A stretch of 64,000 nucleotides of DNA, taken from Kudoa neothunni. Taxonomy: Eukaryota > Animalia > Cnidaria. Shown piece by piece: positions 29,443-46,178 of the stretch. How positions within the stretch are numbered: the stretch's first letter is position 1; every line of letters starts with the position of its first letter. Under the pieces are notes generated by a model. The model searched no databases. It saw nothing but the letters and a program-made list of their open reading frames with translations, and was not told the origin of the DNA. The stretch spans positions 16,021,731 through 16,085,730 of the forward strand of contig OZ199838.1 of assembly GCA_964304625.1 (NCBI GenBank). Direction: 5' to 3'. A program made the position numbers and the translations under genes.

Positions 29443-30504
29443 CAATCGAACCTGGATATTGCGTAATTTTTGGGTGAAGGGGAAAATTACGTAATACAAT
29501 GTATTGAATTCATTGTGTTAGCGACTGCGCATTATGTACAAAAAATAAAAATTTATTGGAGCTAAAATAACGGATAATTTCAATTTGTTTGCACAAATTT
29601 TTGATTATTTCAGATATGAACTCCATAACTGTGTGTTTTGAAAATAATTCTATTGAGTTTTCTGATTAAATTATTTAATTAATCAATCTTTAATTTGGTA
29701 TATTTTAGTATACAAGTACAATGTTCAAAAAGCAGAGATTTTCTAAATCAGTTTTGAATTATAGTCAATGATACGTTTACTCATGCATGATTTAAAGTTA
29801 TAATAAAAAAAATTAATATACTTAATTAAATATGAATTATCCATATTTATTACGTTGCACTCTTCATATCGTAGTGAATTTTTTTAAAATTAATTCCAAA
29901 TCTATTTTTAAATTCCACGAACCAACCGTTACATTTGTCAACACCTATGGATTTAACTTTTTTTTCATTTCGCATTTTAGTTATTCATGTATAGAATAAA
30001 TTAACTAACTCCATGTAGTTATCCTCTATTATTCTTTTTTTTGAAGCCGAAATAATAGAATTAATAATATCATTTTGAGAAGTTAAAATTCTAGTAATAG
30101 TGGAATGCCTCGTAAATATATTATATATTATATTGGGACTAGATAATTTTATATTATTAGATAGTTTGGGAGGTTTAAAGTCATTCTCTTTTCTCCTGTG
30201 AGTGATTTAATTGAATTATATTATTCGATTATTTCAATTTTTTCAGCCAGTGTTCGCTGATTCTTTACTACACTTATTTAGCAGAATTATAAAGAAGATT
30301 AATTGAGGATTAAAATGTTACGCAGTAGTAAATTTGAGTTTAACACACAAACTTAGTTTTATACTTGTTTAATAAAAACTTTTTTATTCGCTTTCTCAGT
30401 TAACATTAATTTAAATAATATAAAAGCAATTTTTAAGTAATAAATTTAAGAATCATTTATATTTCAATAAACTTGTGAAACTACGCAATATCCAGGTTCG
30501 ACTG
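29443..30504. mobile_element. Tc1/pogo-type MITE
   Basis: TIRs CAATCGAACCTGGATATTGCGTA / TACGCAATATCCAGGTTCGACTG with TA on both sides; related ends at ~1302-1387 and ~2401. Confidence 0.85.
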
Positions 30505-30807
30505 TATATAACTAGAGACAGTAATTTTCAATTTAAATCGATAAATGTCGAATTTTTTAAAATATTTATACATTTTCGGATACAATCGAGATATTTCGTC
30601 GATTATTTTTCATTTTTTTATGACTGAAAAAGCAGACGAATTGACAATTATATAGCCGAATATATATTCAAATGAGGAAATTGATCTAAAAATATACCAA
30701 AATTTGATAACGTCAATCAACGGGAAATTCTCACACCATTGAAATGATAAAATGATAGGTCCTGGATTTTAGAGAATAAACAAAGCCAAATATTTCGTAT
30801 TGTCTAG

Positions 30808-32451
30808 GGTAGGCCGAGATTCGGTGCATACAACGCTATCACCTACAGCCATGGAAAGAAATTTCTCAAAAGTTATACAGTGAATCTAGCCTAGTGTTTG
30901 AACAAATGAGAAGGTTTTAAGTATTATATTCTAAGGAAAATTTTAAAAAATTATGTTCATGTTTATTGCATTGACATTTACCGTGAAAATAATTTTTGAT
31001 ATCGCGCACGCCCTTATTTTTAAAAGACGAATTTTTTTTAAAATAGTTGTCGAAAATTACGGTCTCTATATATAACGGAATTTGCGCTAGATTGCACCCC
31101 AAATACTCTCAATTCTGTTCGTAAGGAATCCACCCGACGTTTTAGATCAAATAATGTGATTAACTTTATCATGATGGTAGCCCATCATGCTTAGATTATT
31201 TAGCCAACCCGTAAATCTACAAATCCATAAATCTACAAATCCACAAATCTACAAATCTACAAATCCACAAATCTACAAATCCACAAATCTATAAATCTAC
31301 AAATCCACAAATCTACAAATCCACAAATCCACAAATCCACAAATCCATAAATCTACAAATCCACAAATCCATAAATCTACAAATCCACAAATCTACAAAT
31401 CCACAAATCCACAAATCCATAAATCTACAAATCCACAAATCCATAAATCTACAAATCCACAAATCCATAAATCCATAAATCTACAAATCCACAAATCCAT
31501 AAATCTACAAATATACAAATCCACAAATCCATAAATCTACAAATATACAAATCCATAAATCTACAAATCCACAAATCCATAAATCTACAAATCTACAAAT
31601 CCACAAATCCATAAATCTACAAATATACAAATCCACAAATCCATAAATCTACAAATATACAAATCCATAAATCTACAAATATACAAATCCATAAATCTAT
31701 AAATCGGTCCAGATGGTAAATCCAACTAAGACATATTGAGAGATAATCCTTTCCAATATGACTTCATTTCTAACCTCAGTCAACATTTAAAATATATTTT
31801 CATCTTCATCGATTCCTCCAACTACCCACTCGTTTAGATTCACAAGCACTATACCGCAATGGTATTTGCGCTTGTGTATTTGGGACTCGATATTAAGATA
31901 CTCCATGTAGATTACAAATATATATTTCCAATTAAAAACTGTTTTTCTTGAGTAGATCTTCAATTGTCTCATTATATCGTAATTCATTTAAATATCATTA
32001 ACGTCTGCATAAATCAGATAAAAAATTTGCCATAAAGCAAGCTTTTCCCCTTCAAAAAACGTCCCTTTTCTGAGTGATGTCTTTTTATTTTATACATTTA
32101 TAAAAACGGAGTATAAAAAATTCAATATTGCCTTCTGGTCTGAGTAGCATATCTGAATGACAAATTTCACACGAGCGGATTTTTGGCAGGAAACCAAATC
32201 TTTGAAATAAGAATAATAAAAATATTAATTTAGGATAGTCTTTTTTTAGATTAAATACATCTTCTATAAGGATATCATCAATTTCAATCGTAGAATAATC
32301 CATTTTTAGGGGGCGAAGAGGAGCGATTGCCCCGACTTTCGTGACTATACCGTACTTTAGCCCAATTCGTTATTATAGCGCATATGCGAAAACTCGATAT
32401 TGGGCAGTAAAAGCTCAGGTCCCGATCTAGCACGCAATATCGAGACCTACC
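30808..32451 (-). mobile_element. Near full-length decayed Merlin/ISXO2 element
   Basis: GGTAGG...CCTACC termini; N-terminal CxxC (RSCEICH), SLRKGTFFE, KRKYHCG...WVVGGID, TIWTD, HDKVNH, TNRIESIW motifs; stops and frameshifts. Confidence 0.85.
31213..31705. repeat. 8-bp minisatellite (AAATCCAC/AAATCTAC/AAATCCAT/AAATATAC), ~60 copies
   Basis: Direct reading; lies inside the Merlin transposase frame. Confidence 0.95.
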
Positions 32452-32666
32452 GTGCTTTCAAGCCGTGTTTAATCCTATTCTTACATTCGCGCTCCCACGA
32501 ACGCTAATCCAGATTAATTTTATCTAAACTCAATTTTTGTCCAAAAATCGTCAGTGAATAAAGTATTTAGCTGTCATAAAGTTATAAAAATATTCTCAAA
32601 CACGCAATGAAAAAAACAAATTTAGTACAAATTGAAATCGTTATCAAATATAAAATAATCCCATTC

Positions 32667-35349
<2,683 letters not shown>

Positions 35350-36715
35350 CTTAAATTAATAGTCGGGAATTTTCGTTAATCTTTAATTTTGAAATTCAGC
35401 TTATTCGGATATTTCAAATTTCTCCAATCAACCTATTTATAGTTATTGTTTAATTTATATAATTTAATGACCCCCCCCCCCCCCCCACATAATATGCTTA
35501 TATTTTTAAGTGACAGACATATCATGGATCTAATAATTTTATTGCTCTATAATCATAAGAAAATAACTATAATAAAATAAAATTAATTATTTTGGTTAGA
35601 CACAAAATATATTTTAATTTTTTTGTTGTGGAATGAAAACTTTAATTCACTAAGAATGTAGAAAATATGCATTATAGTGACTGAATATGTTCTTTATTAG
35701 AATGTACATTTTTTTAGAGAATCATTAAAACGTTTATAATAGTAAGTAGGACGAATTTTTTGTTTGGATAAAATCACAAGGTCCCCCCAATCTGCGTGCG
35801 TACTGTATTTTTTTATTACGTAGATTTTTTGAATATTTACTTTCACAGGTGAAATATTGCGTTGAATAATCGATTATAACTTTGATGATTGCGCTCTATA
35901 ACTATAAATCCTAAAAACATTTTCGCTGTGAAGTCACGTGAGGTGTTACAATGAAGTTATTGAAAAATTTGTCCATGTTTTAATTATAGGTAATATAAAT
36001 TTAAGTGAAGAATGAGGGACAAGTTTATAACAAATTTAAAAAGATAATAATTTCAAATAATTTCCCATAATTTCCAGTAATTTATCAGGGTGATTTTCCT
36101 ATATTTATTATTCCCTATTGTTCATTTAATTTAAGTAAAACTAAACTGTGTGATGGAGTGGGGAAAAATGAAAAAATTTATTTACGTTCGAAATAATTAA
36201 AAATAATTTTAGATTTATTTAATTTTCTTAATATGGAAAATGCTAAAATCTTTTTAGTCTAAAATAAAAATATTTGTTGTAAACTTTGCTATATAATTGA
36301 CCATGTATTAATAAAAAATTATTTGTTTGGGATTCTTCTATTTATATTATTTATGTAATATTTATAAAAAATAATAATGATAATAATTTAACAATAAGAG
36401 AATTCATGGACATTCCTAAAATTATATCAAAAATCTTGACTGGAAAGCAGAGCTTACTCTTTGGTTATTTGAATATTGCAAAAAATACATAAACTAAAAT
36501 TCAATATTTTTTACCTGATTTTTACTTAATTTTTAAATATAAATGCATAGAAAATAAAATAAGCACAATTAGTCGAAAGTAATGATAGGTGATGCGTATG
36601 CATGGATTGGGAATAAATTGATGAGTTCAAATGTTGTACTTATTATTATCATCTGAACTTTAAAAAACCAAAGACTTTGTTAAAATTAAAAATATGTAGT
36701 CAAATTCTTAATTAA

Positions 36716-37619
36716 CTCTCTAAGTAAAATGGGGTAGATTTTAACCCCACGTGAATTTTGCCATCAACATTATAGCATATTAATGGAACATAACTCCTCC
36801 CACTTTTTATAATCATTTATCTTCATGGATGCTTTCAGAAAACTGAATTGAAATTTTGTTTGCGATATATAAAAAAGTAAATGTAAAAACACCTTTCAAA
36901 CAAATTTGGAGTAGAAATCTACCCCACATTTTTCTTTCATAAAATTAATTTAAATATTGATATATGTGAATTTTAAAAATTTACGGAAATTCTATCGAAT
37001 AAATAACGAAACACTATACATGCGGTGCCTGTTCGCATGCGCATCATCGATATAAACATGTTATCCTCTCCTGAATTGAATACAGAGAAAACTCTTCATA
37101 CCCTGATTATTCTTATACTAATTTTTCATCATATGATAACAATCCGTCAGTTTTCTTTGTTCTGCGTTGTAGAGAGCATAAAAAACAAATAATTATTCAA
37201 CAGTTTGACATGCTTTGTGTTTTAGAAAGAGTTTAAAAACATATATGATAACTTTCTTTAAAATAAGCATTGTGTGCCATTATTTAATGTTTTCTGTGAA
37301 GTATAAAACTGCGATGATGAAAATAAGATAAATTAATTTATAGCTGATATAAAACTTGAATTAAAGGTAAAAACTCGGAAACACACCTATAAAAACAATC
37401 ATATTCCAAAAAACGTAATAAAATAATTTTCGCAAATGCATATATGATACATAACTTGAATAATTGGTCATTTATTCAAAGTTTACTCGATGAATTTTCC
37501 TTGTATTTTGTCTATCAAAGCTGACTTTTATTTTGGACAATTTTATCAAATACAAACGCAGGGTAGATTTCTATCCCATTTTTATTTGGAGGGTGCACAT
37601 TTATCAGCTACTTAGAAGG
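36716..37619. mobile_element. Non-autonomous piggyBac-type element
   Basis: TTAA|CTCTCTAAGTA... and ...TACTTAGAAGG|TTAA; subterminal GGGGTAGATTT motifs. Confidence 0.8.
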
Positions 37620-38617
37620 TTAATATCATTATCATTACTGGTTGGATTTTTGTAAAGGAATTGGCTATTGACACGGGTCATATTGTTCAGATAGGTACAG
37701 TTTAGATTGTATTTAATTATTCGTGGCCTCTAGAAGTGGGAGCGATTTGCCAAAAATAATTAAACACCCTAGAATCTAAAAAATAAACGTTATAGATTAA
37801 CTCTAAATAGGAGTAACTTAGATGAAAAACTTCCGTACCAATAGACAGTGTCTCTTTAACGTGATAAAGCCTTTAGCGACTCTTAAATTTATTTTGAAGC
37901 ATAAACAAGCTATTTGAGATGTGTTTTCTCTCTTAAAGCATTATGGATATAGTTAAGTAAAATAGATTTTGATCATTTTAAATAAAACACATAATTCGAG
38001 ATAATAAGTTGTTGTCATGTCATGTTGGAATAATTCGAGTCTCTATACGCATTCTAAAAACGATGTACGATACGTGTAGATTTTTAAAATAATTAAATTT
38101 TTGTGATAACTGCTAAAATGAAAATTCCTTTTATCAAATATATCGATTGAGAAAGAAACTATATTCGTCTTTACGATAAGTTTTTGCTCAAAATACAGCC
38201 CCTCTCAATCTCAATACATGCCATGTAAGTTAATAAGAAATTATAGGTCTATTCGATCTAACCAATATTTTTCAAAGTTACATAAAAAATCAAAATAATA
38301 TTAGAATCTAGAAATAAAAAATTTTTCATAGAAAAATCAAACTTAATTTTTAGTTTAATAATTTTAACTAGAGAGAAATAACTTAACATTACCAATTTTT
38401 TTAAATATAATGACTTCAATTTTTAGTATATGTTCACTCAAAAATATTGTAGTTTGAGGATTAAATTATATACTTAACGAAGTAGATGAGTATCAAAGGA
38501 AAGAAAAAAAATCATGTATGAATTTTTAAAAGAATGATTTATCTAACATTGATAAATTGGGGATTTTCAATATTCATGCATTAACTAATCATATTTTAAT
38601 GAAATAATTCCAACGAA

Positions 38618-40532
38618 TCATCCCAAATCATCTTCCTTCTGAGCGACTTGAAGATCGGATATCTCCATTATACGATCGCATATATCATCTAGAGAGTGAT
38701 ATATGTTAAATACATAAAATTAGTTAAATACCGAATAATGTGAAAATTTTTTGAGGTAATTTATGTCTAAACTTTATAAAAATAAAATAGAAGGGTATCG
38801 CAGGGATAATGATGGCTAATGCTATAAAAATTCCCAATTTAGCTTCAAATATAGGCAGTATAATTAGAGCCAGCGAGGTTAAACACATAAAACCCGGCAC
38901 CACAATCCACACCTACATTTATACTTAAAAAATCCATCTACAAATAATTTACCTTGAAAGGTCTTGAAAGATGTGGTTTTTTAATTCGAAGGTATATTTG
39001 AGACAGAAAGCACAAAAGAAAAAAAACCCAATTTGCGAAAGAAAACAAACCTATCATTTCATCTAGCTGATCGACATTTGGTATCAACATTAGGAGTGAT
39101 ATAAAAGTCTGAGATTGGTTCATTTATAATAATGGTAGTTAGTCATCTAAAATAAATATGAATAGTATACCGTAAATACAAGCGAAGCGATTGGAGTTCG
39201 CAATTTTCTGTGAATTGAGGACATAATATATGGTAGATGTCCATTTCGTGCAGCCACAAACAATAATCTCAAGAAATCAATAGTGAAAACGAATCACAAC
39301 TATAATCTACCTTCCATTTCCAAACAAGGTGGACAGGGCTGTACCAAAGGTGCTCAATGCTACCAAAACTGGAACCACAAAACTAAATTTACCATAAAAA
39401 GTGTAACCAATAGTCTAAAATGTTGATTATTCGTATGTTTTATGATTAATTTCAATAAAGTGGACATACCAAACCGACAGCTTGAGATTCTAAAATGCCC
39501 TTGGGACCGATGGCGGCAACGTAACAAGCATTAATGGCCAAATAAGACACTGATACCAGAATCATTCCTGCTACAATAGAACGAGGCAAATTCCTAATGG
39601 AGTTTAATTAAATATTTGCAAGGTTGAAAATCGAAGGAATCACTTTTCAGGTTTGATCATTTCTTCGGACGCGTAATTCAAATTGTTGAATCCATCATAA
39701 GCCCACAGAGCATGATAAAAAGCACCTCCGATCGACCCCACATCTAACTTGGTGTTTTGAAATGGTTTAGAAAAATGTCCTCTTGCTTCTGGTTTTCCTA
39801 TTCAATACATTAGATAAACATAATCTATAATCTATATTGTATATTTTATATTGTAGGATACTTAGGTTGATCACACCTGTCAACACAAACATTATCACAG
39901 CAATAAACTTGCTGTACATGAGTATGCTGTTGACACGAATAGCCCATCTAACACTGATCACATTCAGCATCGTCACGCACACTATCACCGGTTATAGAAA
40001 CAGTAAATAACGGTCACTATGTACAAATAATGACAGTGGCCAGAAGTTTGTAAATGATTTCCGGCACAAAGCAATGTGGGAAAAATGATTCACCCAGATA
40101 GATGGCACTTGTGACTGCAACAATAGTAATACAAGCAGGTTTGATTATGAATACGGATGCCCAAATAAATAGAAATGCTGGAATGGGGCCGAAACTAGCC
40201 AATATATAGTTGTATTCGGCGCCACTTTCAGGAATGGTTGTGCCGAGCTCCGCAAAGCACAATCCTCCCGCAGTTGAAATCAACCCAGAAATAAGCCACA
40301 TGATGAGACAAAAGCCCACTGAACCTGTTTTTTCAAGAACACCTGTTGGACTGATAAATATCCCAGAACCAATGATACACCCAACAATAAGCCCAGAGCC
40401 TCCTATCAAACCAATCGAACGATTGAGCGTAACTTTTTCTTGAACATCATTTTTTCTTTCATTGGGTTGATCATCACTTATTTTTTGGCTCACATTCACC
40501 TCTTTTAATTCGATTTGATCATTTGGTCCCAT
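38618..40532 (-). CDS. SLC7/LAT-family (APC) amino-acid transporter light chain
   Basis: [75 protein letters not shown], RPFKV; 8 short GT-AG introns; TGA at 38620-38618. Confidence 0.93.
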
Positions 40533-41336
40533 TATATCTTATTCCTATTCTAGCTGATTGGTTAGTAAGTTTGTCAGTTTGTTGTGGATTCCAACAGTCG
40601 AAACGATTGTTATACCTACCTTGAATTGTCTTAACAACCACACTTTAAATCTACCACGTTATCAGGAGGAATAATAAGCAATGAAGATCAAACTGTGATG
40701 TTTCACTTTTTAAGTGACCCACAGTCTAATAATTAATGACTAAAAATTATCAACTGTATTATTCCTTTTAAAAATGAATATATCGTTATTTAATAAAAAT
40801 TTTGTCGAATAAATGATTCATATTACATTTAAATTATATTAAATTAATGAGTAAGCAGCGATAATATAAAACTTGATCCAACATCGGTCATATGCAATCT
40901 ATGCACGACTCATTATAAAATTAAAAATATCTTCTCCATCACTGACTTGAGTTTATACGATTATAATATTTTATTTGATTCACACATGATATCTTCATCG
41001 TTTAATTTTTCTATGACTATTTTTAACATATATCATCATTTTTAATGACAGTTTGTATGAGATAATAAAAAATTAATACATTTATCTAATCGGGTTAATT
41101 CACCTTAATTAAACTCCATTATTTTCTAATGTCCAATGGAATTATGACAGCTTTATAAGAATATAGTTTGTTATGTGTTCTACGAAAACAAAAATATTAT
41201 AAAAATGACGATCTATAAATTAATCATTATTGTTGTCTTTAATATGACCAGTAATAGGAAAAGTCATCTATCTCAAGTGTTATATTTGTATGTGTTATCT
41301 CTATGGGATTCGGAAAATTTAAAAGAAACCCTAGTA

Positions 41337-41369
<33 letters not shown>

Positions 41370-42442
41370 ATCTATCTATCTATTATAGTCTTTATAATTA
41401 TTTGTAACAAATAAATGAATATCTCGGTGATGTTTATTGATTTATATTCAAAAAAGAGGAAAACAATGTAAACGATAACCTTCCAACATAAATAAAAGTA
41501 AGTTCTCCGATTAAGCTGATTTTGAAAAGTGCACCGCTATCATAATCCTTATTATATATATTATAATAGAAAAGTAAATTCTCTCGATTATTTCCTTATT
41601 TCTTCTTTATTCTTCTACAAAAAAGCCTGACAAAAATGTCTCCAAATCAATTTGATGTATTCTCATACTTTATCGAATTTTAGATTGAGATACTTCGATT
41701 AATTATATTGAAACATTAGTGGAGACTTAAATTGGGGGTAATTATTTTGTCCCTCTTTCCATAAATATTAATTGTATGATTTATTTGAAAAATATAGTTC
41801 CTATGATATGTCCCTGAATGAAATAAAAGTCTAATATACTATCTTTTGATATTTTTTAATCATAAGACTTTTATCTAGTTCTACAAAAAGGTGACTCGGA
41901 TTATTCTTGTTTACTGTTTTTCTAGATTAAGCTGTCGTCATAAAGTAAATTTTTCGATTTGTTGAAAGTATTTTTGGGGGCTAAATTAACTTTATATCTA
42001 GTTATTTCTATTTTCGTTATTTTAATTATTTTCTAAATTGATTTATATTGGATTCAAGTGATATTGATTTCCTTTCACGCATTTGGTGGTGTAAGGCATT
42101 GTTTTGACCCACCATTGATATTACTTGTTATTTTGTCTGTGATAATATTTTTTTTAATTATATCTTTAAATATTTGTACTGGGAATAATTCGGGCTTTAT
42201 ATCCTCTTTAATGAAGGCAAAATGAGGTGATATTTTTCTTTAAACTACCAGGCCCTATAGAATTCACTGTGACCTCTAGATTGGAAGAAGATACATTTTC
42301 TCCTGACTCTATTATATGCATTAATCTAGAAGTGTTTTAACAAATAAATACAAAAAATACTCTCAAACGTATATTCTAACTGGAATAAAAGACGTAAATG
42401 TGAGTATTTATATATTTTCATAAACAGGATAATACTTTAAGC

Positions 42443-43543
42443 CAGTGTTTCCCTATAGGGGGTGCGGGGGTCATTCAAAATAAATTTAAAAATTAATCTT
42501 TGTTTATTCACTTTGTAATTTTAACTTTGTCTTTTGGCTAAATTTGAGATCCATCATATAAATGTATAGTTTTTATTATGTTACGTTTCAAGTTTTACTT
42601 TCAAAGTTGTACCTTGCCTCTAAATTAAATCTAAGTTAAACTGGCCTTTAAAGTATAGGTAAAACAAGGATCAAAGCATTCATTCATTCATTCATATACA
42701 TAAATAAATAAATGAATGTCAATTTTAACAGAATAATTAGTTATTCTTATTCAAGTACATTAAGAAGGCATATTTTTTGAATTTATGGAATTTAAGTTAA
42801 CATATGATTCAATATAAAATTGAGATATCGCTAGATTCATTAAGCACAAGATAGCATGTGAAACAAGTTTATCGACTTCATTATATACAAATAATAAGTA
42901 TTGGAATTCATTAAACCCCGAAAACGATTTTCATGTTTCATAATCCAACGAAATGTCCTGCTTTGAATTACTTATGAAAACTAAATACGAGCAAGGGAAC
43001 AGTCAGACCAAATAAATACTAAATAACAATTGATTTCGACATAATGTTTCTTGTGAACTATACGAATTAGCTATTTTTATTTGGATCATTCAACTTTCAT
43101 AAATAAATACAGAACTTATTTAAGCGACATTTATTTTTTATAGTTTGGTATTACTCCTTTATTTATTTCTTGCTTCTGATATTTTGGAAGAATTATAATA
43201 ACATAATATATTAGAATTATTTATTACTTTACATAAAAACGGTATATATAAGCAGTAATGAATAATAGCTCCAATCATTGAGTGTTAAATCCTGAGAAGA
43301 GAAAAGATAATGTTTATCTTTTTTCCATTATATATAACACATTAAGTAAACCAAAACATTTTGATTTTAATTTATGTTAGAAGTAAATGGGAAAATTTGA
43401 AGTTATAATATAAACTAATATAATAAAAATTTTAATTTTAAGACATTTTTAATTGGTATTATTATTGTCGCATTTAAATAAAAAGTATAATTGGGTCTTG
43501 ACATTCACATGGAGGAGGGGGTAAACTTTGTAAGGAAACACTG
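42443..43543. mobile_element. hAT-type MITE
   Basis: TIRs CAGTGTTTCC / GGAAACACTG with nnnTAnnn-like flanks; a second copy begins at 63211. Confidence 0.75.
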
Positions 43544-43959
43544 ATTTACATGTTTCAAAATGTAAAATAACAAATATTTTGCTGGGAGACTTTTTTGATA
43601 GTCGATTTTAAACAATCTTATAACCTCCTACAAAATTTAGGCTGTTGCAAAAAGTTAAAAAATGTTACAAATGCCTATCACATAAGTATCTGTTAAACTG
43701 AAAAATTAAAAAATTTTACGCAGATGATTATTTCTTAAATGATATGCATAAAGAAACGTTTCCACCAATACTGCAACATAATTTTTAAGGATTTTTTTAT
43801 CATTATGATAGATATTTGACTTAATGCATTTTAAAATTAATGGCTAAAGAGAACAATATTTAAATAACTATGCGTTAATTCTGAACACATTGTATTTGAC
43901 ATAATACAGTATATCCGAGAAATTTACTAGGGTTTCTTAAACCATCACTTCCCGATCCA

Positions 43960-44192
43960 TTTTAGTATTTTATTATTATTTTTAATTATTTTAGTATTTT
44001 ATTATTTTTAATTATTTTAGTATTTTATTATTTTTAATTATTTTAGTATTTTATTAATTATTTTAGTATTTTATTATTATTTTTAATTATTTTAGTATTT
44101 TATTATTATTTTTAATTATTTTAGTATTTTATTATTTATTTTAGTATTTTATTATTTATTTTAGTATTTTATTATTTATTTTAGTATTTTAG
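43960..44192. repeat. AT-rich tandem repeat (TTTTAGTATTTTATTATT..., 21-30-bp units)
   Basis: Direct reading; about 9-10 TTTTAGTATTTT cores. Confidence 0.85.
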
Positions 44193-46178
44193 TTCCCGGA
44201 TCCCTTACCACATACGAGGACAACTCCGCATTCCTTCTCAAAAAAGGGATTTAAAATAGATTTATTTTTATTGAAATAACATTATAAAGAAAAACCCGCT
44301 TATTTAACAAGAAAATAAATGTGAATAAAATAAATAAAACGTTTTAAATTTTTGTTCTTGTCTTTTTTGGACAATAATTTGGTCATAATGGGACTCTTAA
44401 TCAGATAAAGTTGACTAAATCATAATTTTATCTGATAAAAATAAAAGATAATAATGTTTTTGTGCAAAATAACAGAAGTGAATAGTTGAGCTTACGCGAA
44501 ATTTTGGATTTTGTATTTCTGTTGTTTGATTATAAATTTAAAAATGTAATGGGGGAAATTAAATAAGTGGCCCAGTCGCGAGTGCATAGTTTTAATTTAA
44601 AGTATAAAAAATTAAAATAATGTAACCTTAACACTAATTAAAATTGAATTTTTACTTGCTATATAGTTTCATTAAAAATAATAAATAATAAAATTTTTAA
44701 TAATTCGTCTATTTTGAAACGTTTTATACGTTGTTCCATTTAAAATTTAAACTAAATCATTTATTTACGAATGAAAAGAGGAATAAGTTATCATTTTTAG
44801 TTCATATATTAATAAATAGTAAATAGTGGATTGAAAGCATAAATTAATCTTCAGTAAAAGTCATCAAAAGATTATTTATTTAACAGACTTTTTCAGTTTC
44901 ATTTGCGAACGAATCACATGATATATTGTCGAGAGAGCCTCTGATTATTTGGAATCGATAAATTATACATTATGTACAAAGCATGGTTAGTCGTACATAT
45001 TTTACATTGATTCTAGACGTGAGTCACGAAGCTCGGACTTAAACGCTCGTCGTGGGAAATGTGTTATCCTAAGGCCGGCCGTTCAAATGACCAATGCTTT
45101 ATTTGTATTAGGAAACATTACCGAGGAGAAATTTTAATAGAGCAACCTTGGTAGATTGTTGGTTGAATCTACAAAAAAATTGAAAACTTTTATTACAATT
45201 TCATCCTAACCAAGATAAACCTACACATGAAAACATCATACTAAGCAATTTTATGTTGGGGGTCGATAATATGGATTGATGATTCGAAGGTGTGGCGAGT
45301 GCGTTAGTAAATGAACACATCAAAAAACTCAATAGGAACTCGTGTATCCCTTCGATCACGATGATGGCGAGTCATAGGTTACAAGGGGACATAACGAATT
45401 ATCCCTTCTTTGATATAAATGAGAAATTGCGATACATAAAGACGATTACAAGAGGAAGGAAAGAGTTCATATAGATCACATTGTAACCAATTTGGAACTG
45501 TGAAAAGAACTTATCGTCAAATAAACAACAAGTAATCTGAATTGAATATTTTCTAATTGATCAGAGTATAACTTCAAGCGCAGACTTACTCCAGAATTTT
45601 TAAACTATATATTAGCAATTTATGAATTTTACCATAATCGATTATACATTTGTTGTATTATATTTTAGGTGATGAGTTTTTCTTCAATAATTTGTCTGAA
45701 AATTTAATTTGATTTTGTTAATTTAGAAAACCCATAATAGATAACAACATAAAAATTCAAATAAATTCTGATTTCTTCCTCGATTAATTTTAATTGCGAA
45801 ATAAGCTTTAATTTGTCCATGTGGTAGCCACGTGGATGATTCCTTATAAAATGTCTCGTACTCACTCTACTCTAATATATTGTATGGTGATTACTATATT
45901 GATAATATCAAACAGAATATTTGAATTCAAGTGTATATGCTCTAAATTACGTTAAACATATATCAACATTATTTTAAACAAATAAACTAAAATTGTTTAA
46001 TCTGTGCGCATGTGCGTTTTGTATAAAACTCTGAATTTAGATCGAAAATTTAAAAAAAAGTTTAATAAATCATAAAATTATTTGTTTGGAACACAAATTT
46101 TTGTTTATAAAAATAATATAAAGAATACCCCACCTATTAGCATCAAATAACTAATCTTGAGTGCCTCGCACCCACAAA

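Noticed and set aside
39799-39862. U12-like donor GTATCCTAC in SLC7 intron 2
   Set aside because: It deviates from GTATCCTT and has no CCTTAAC branch site; most likely an ordinary U2 intron.
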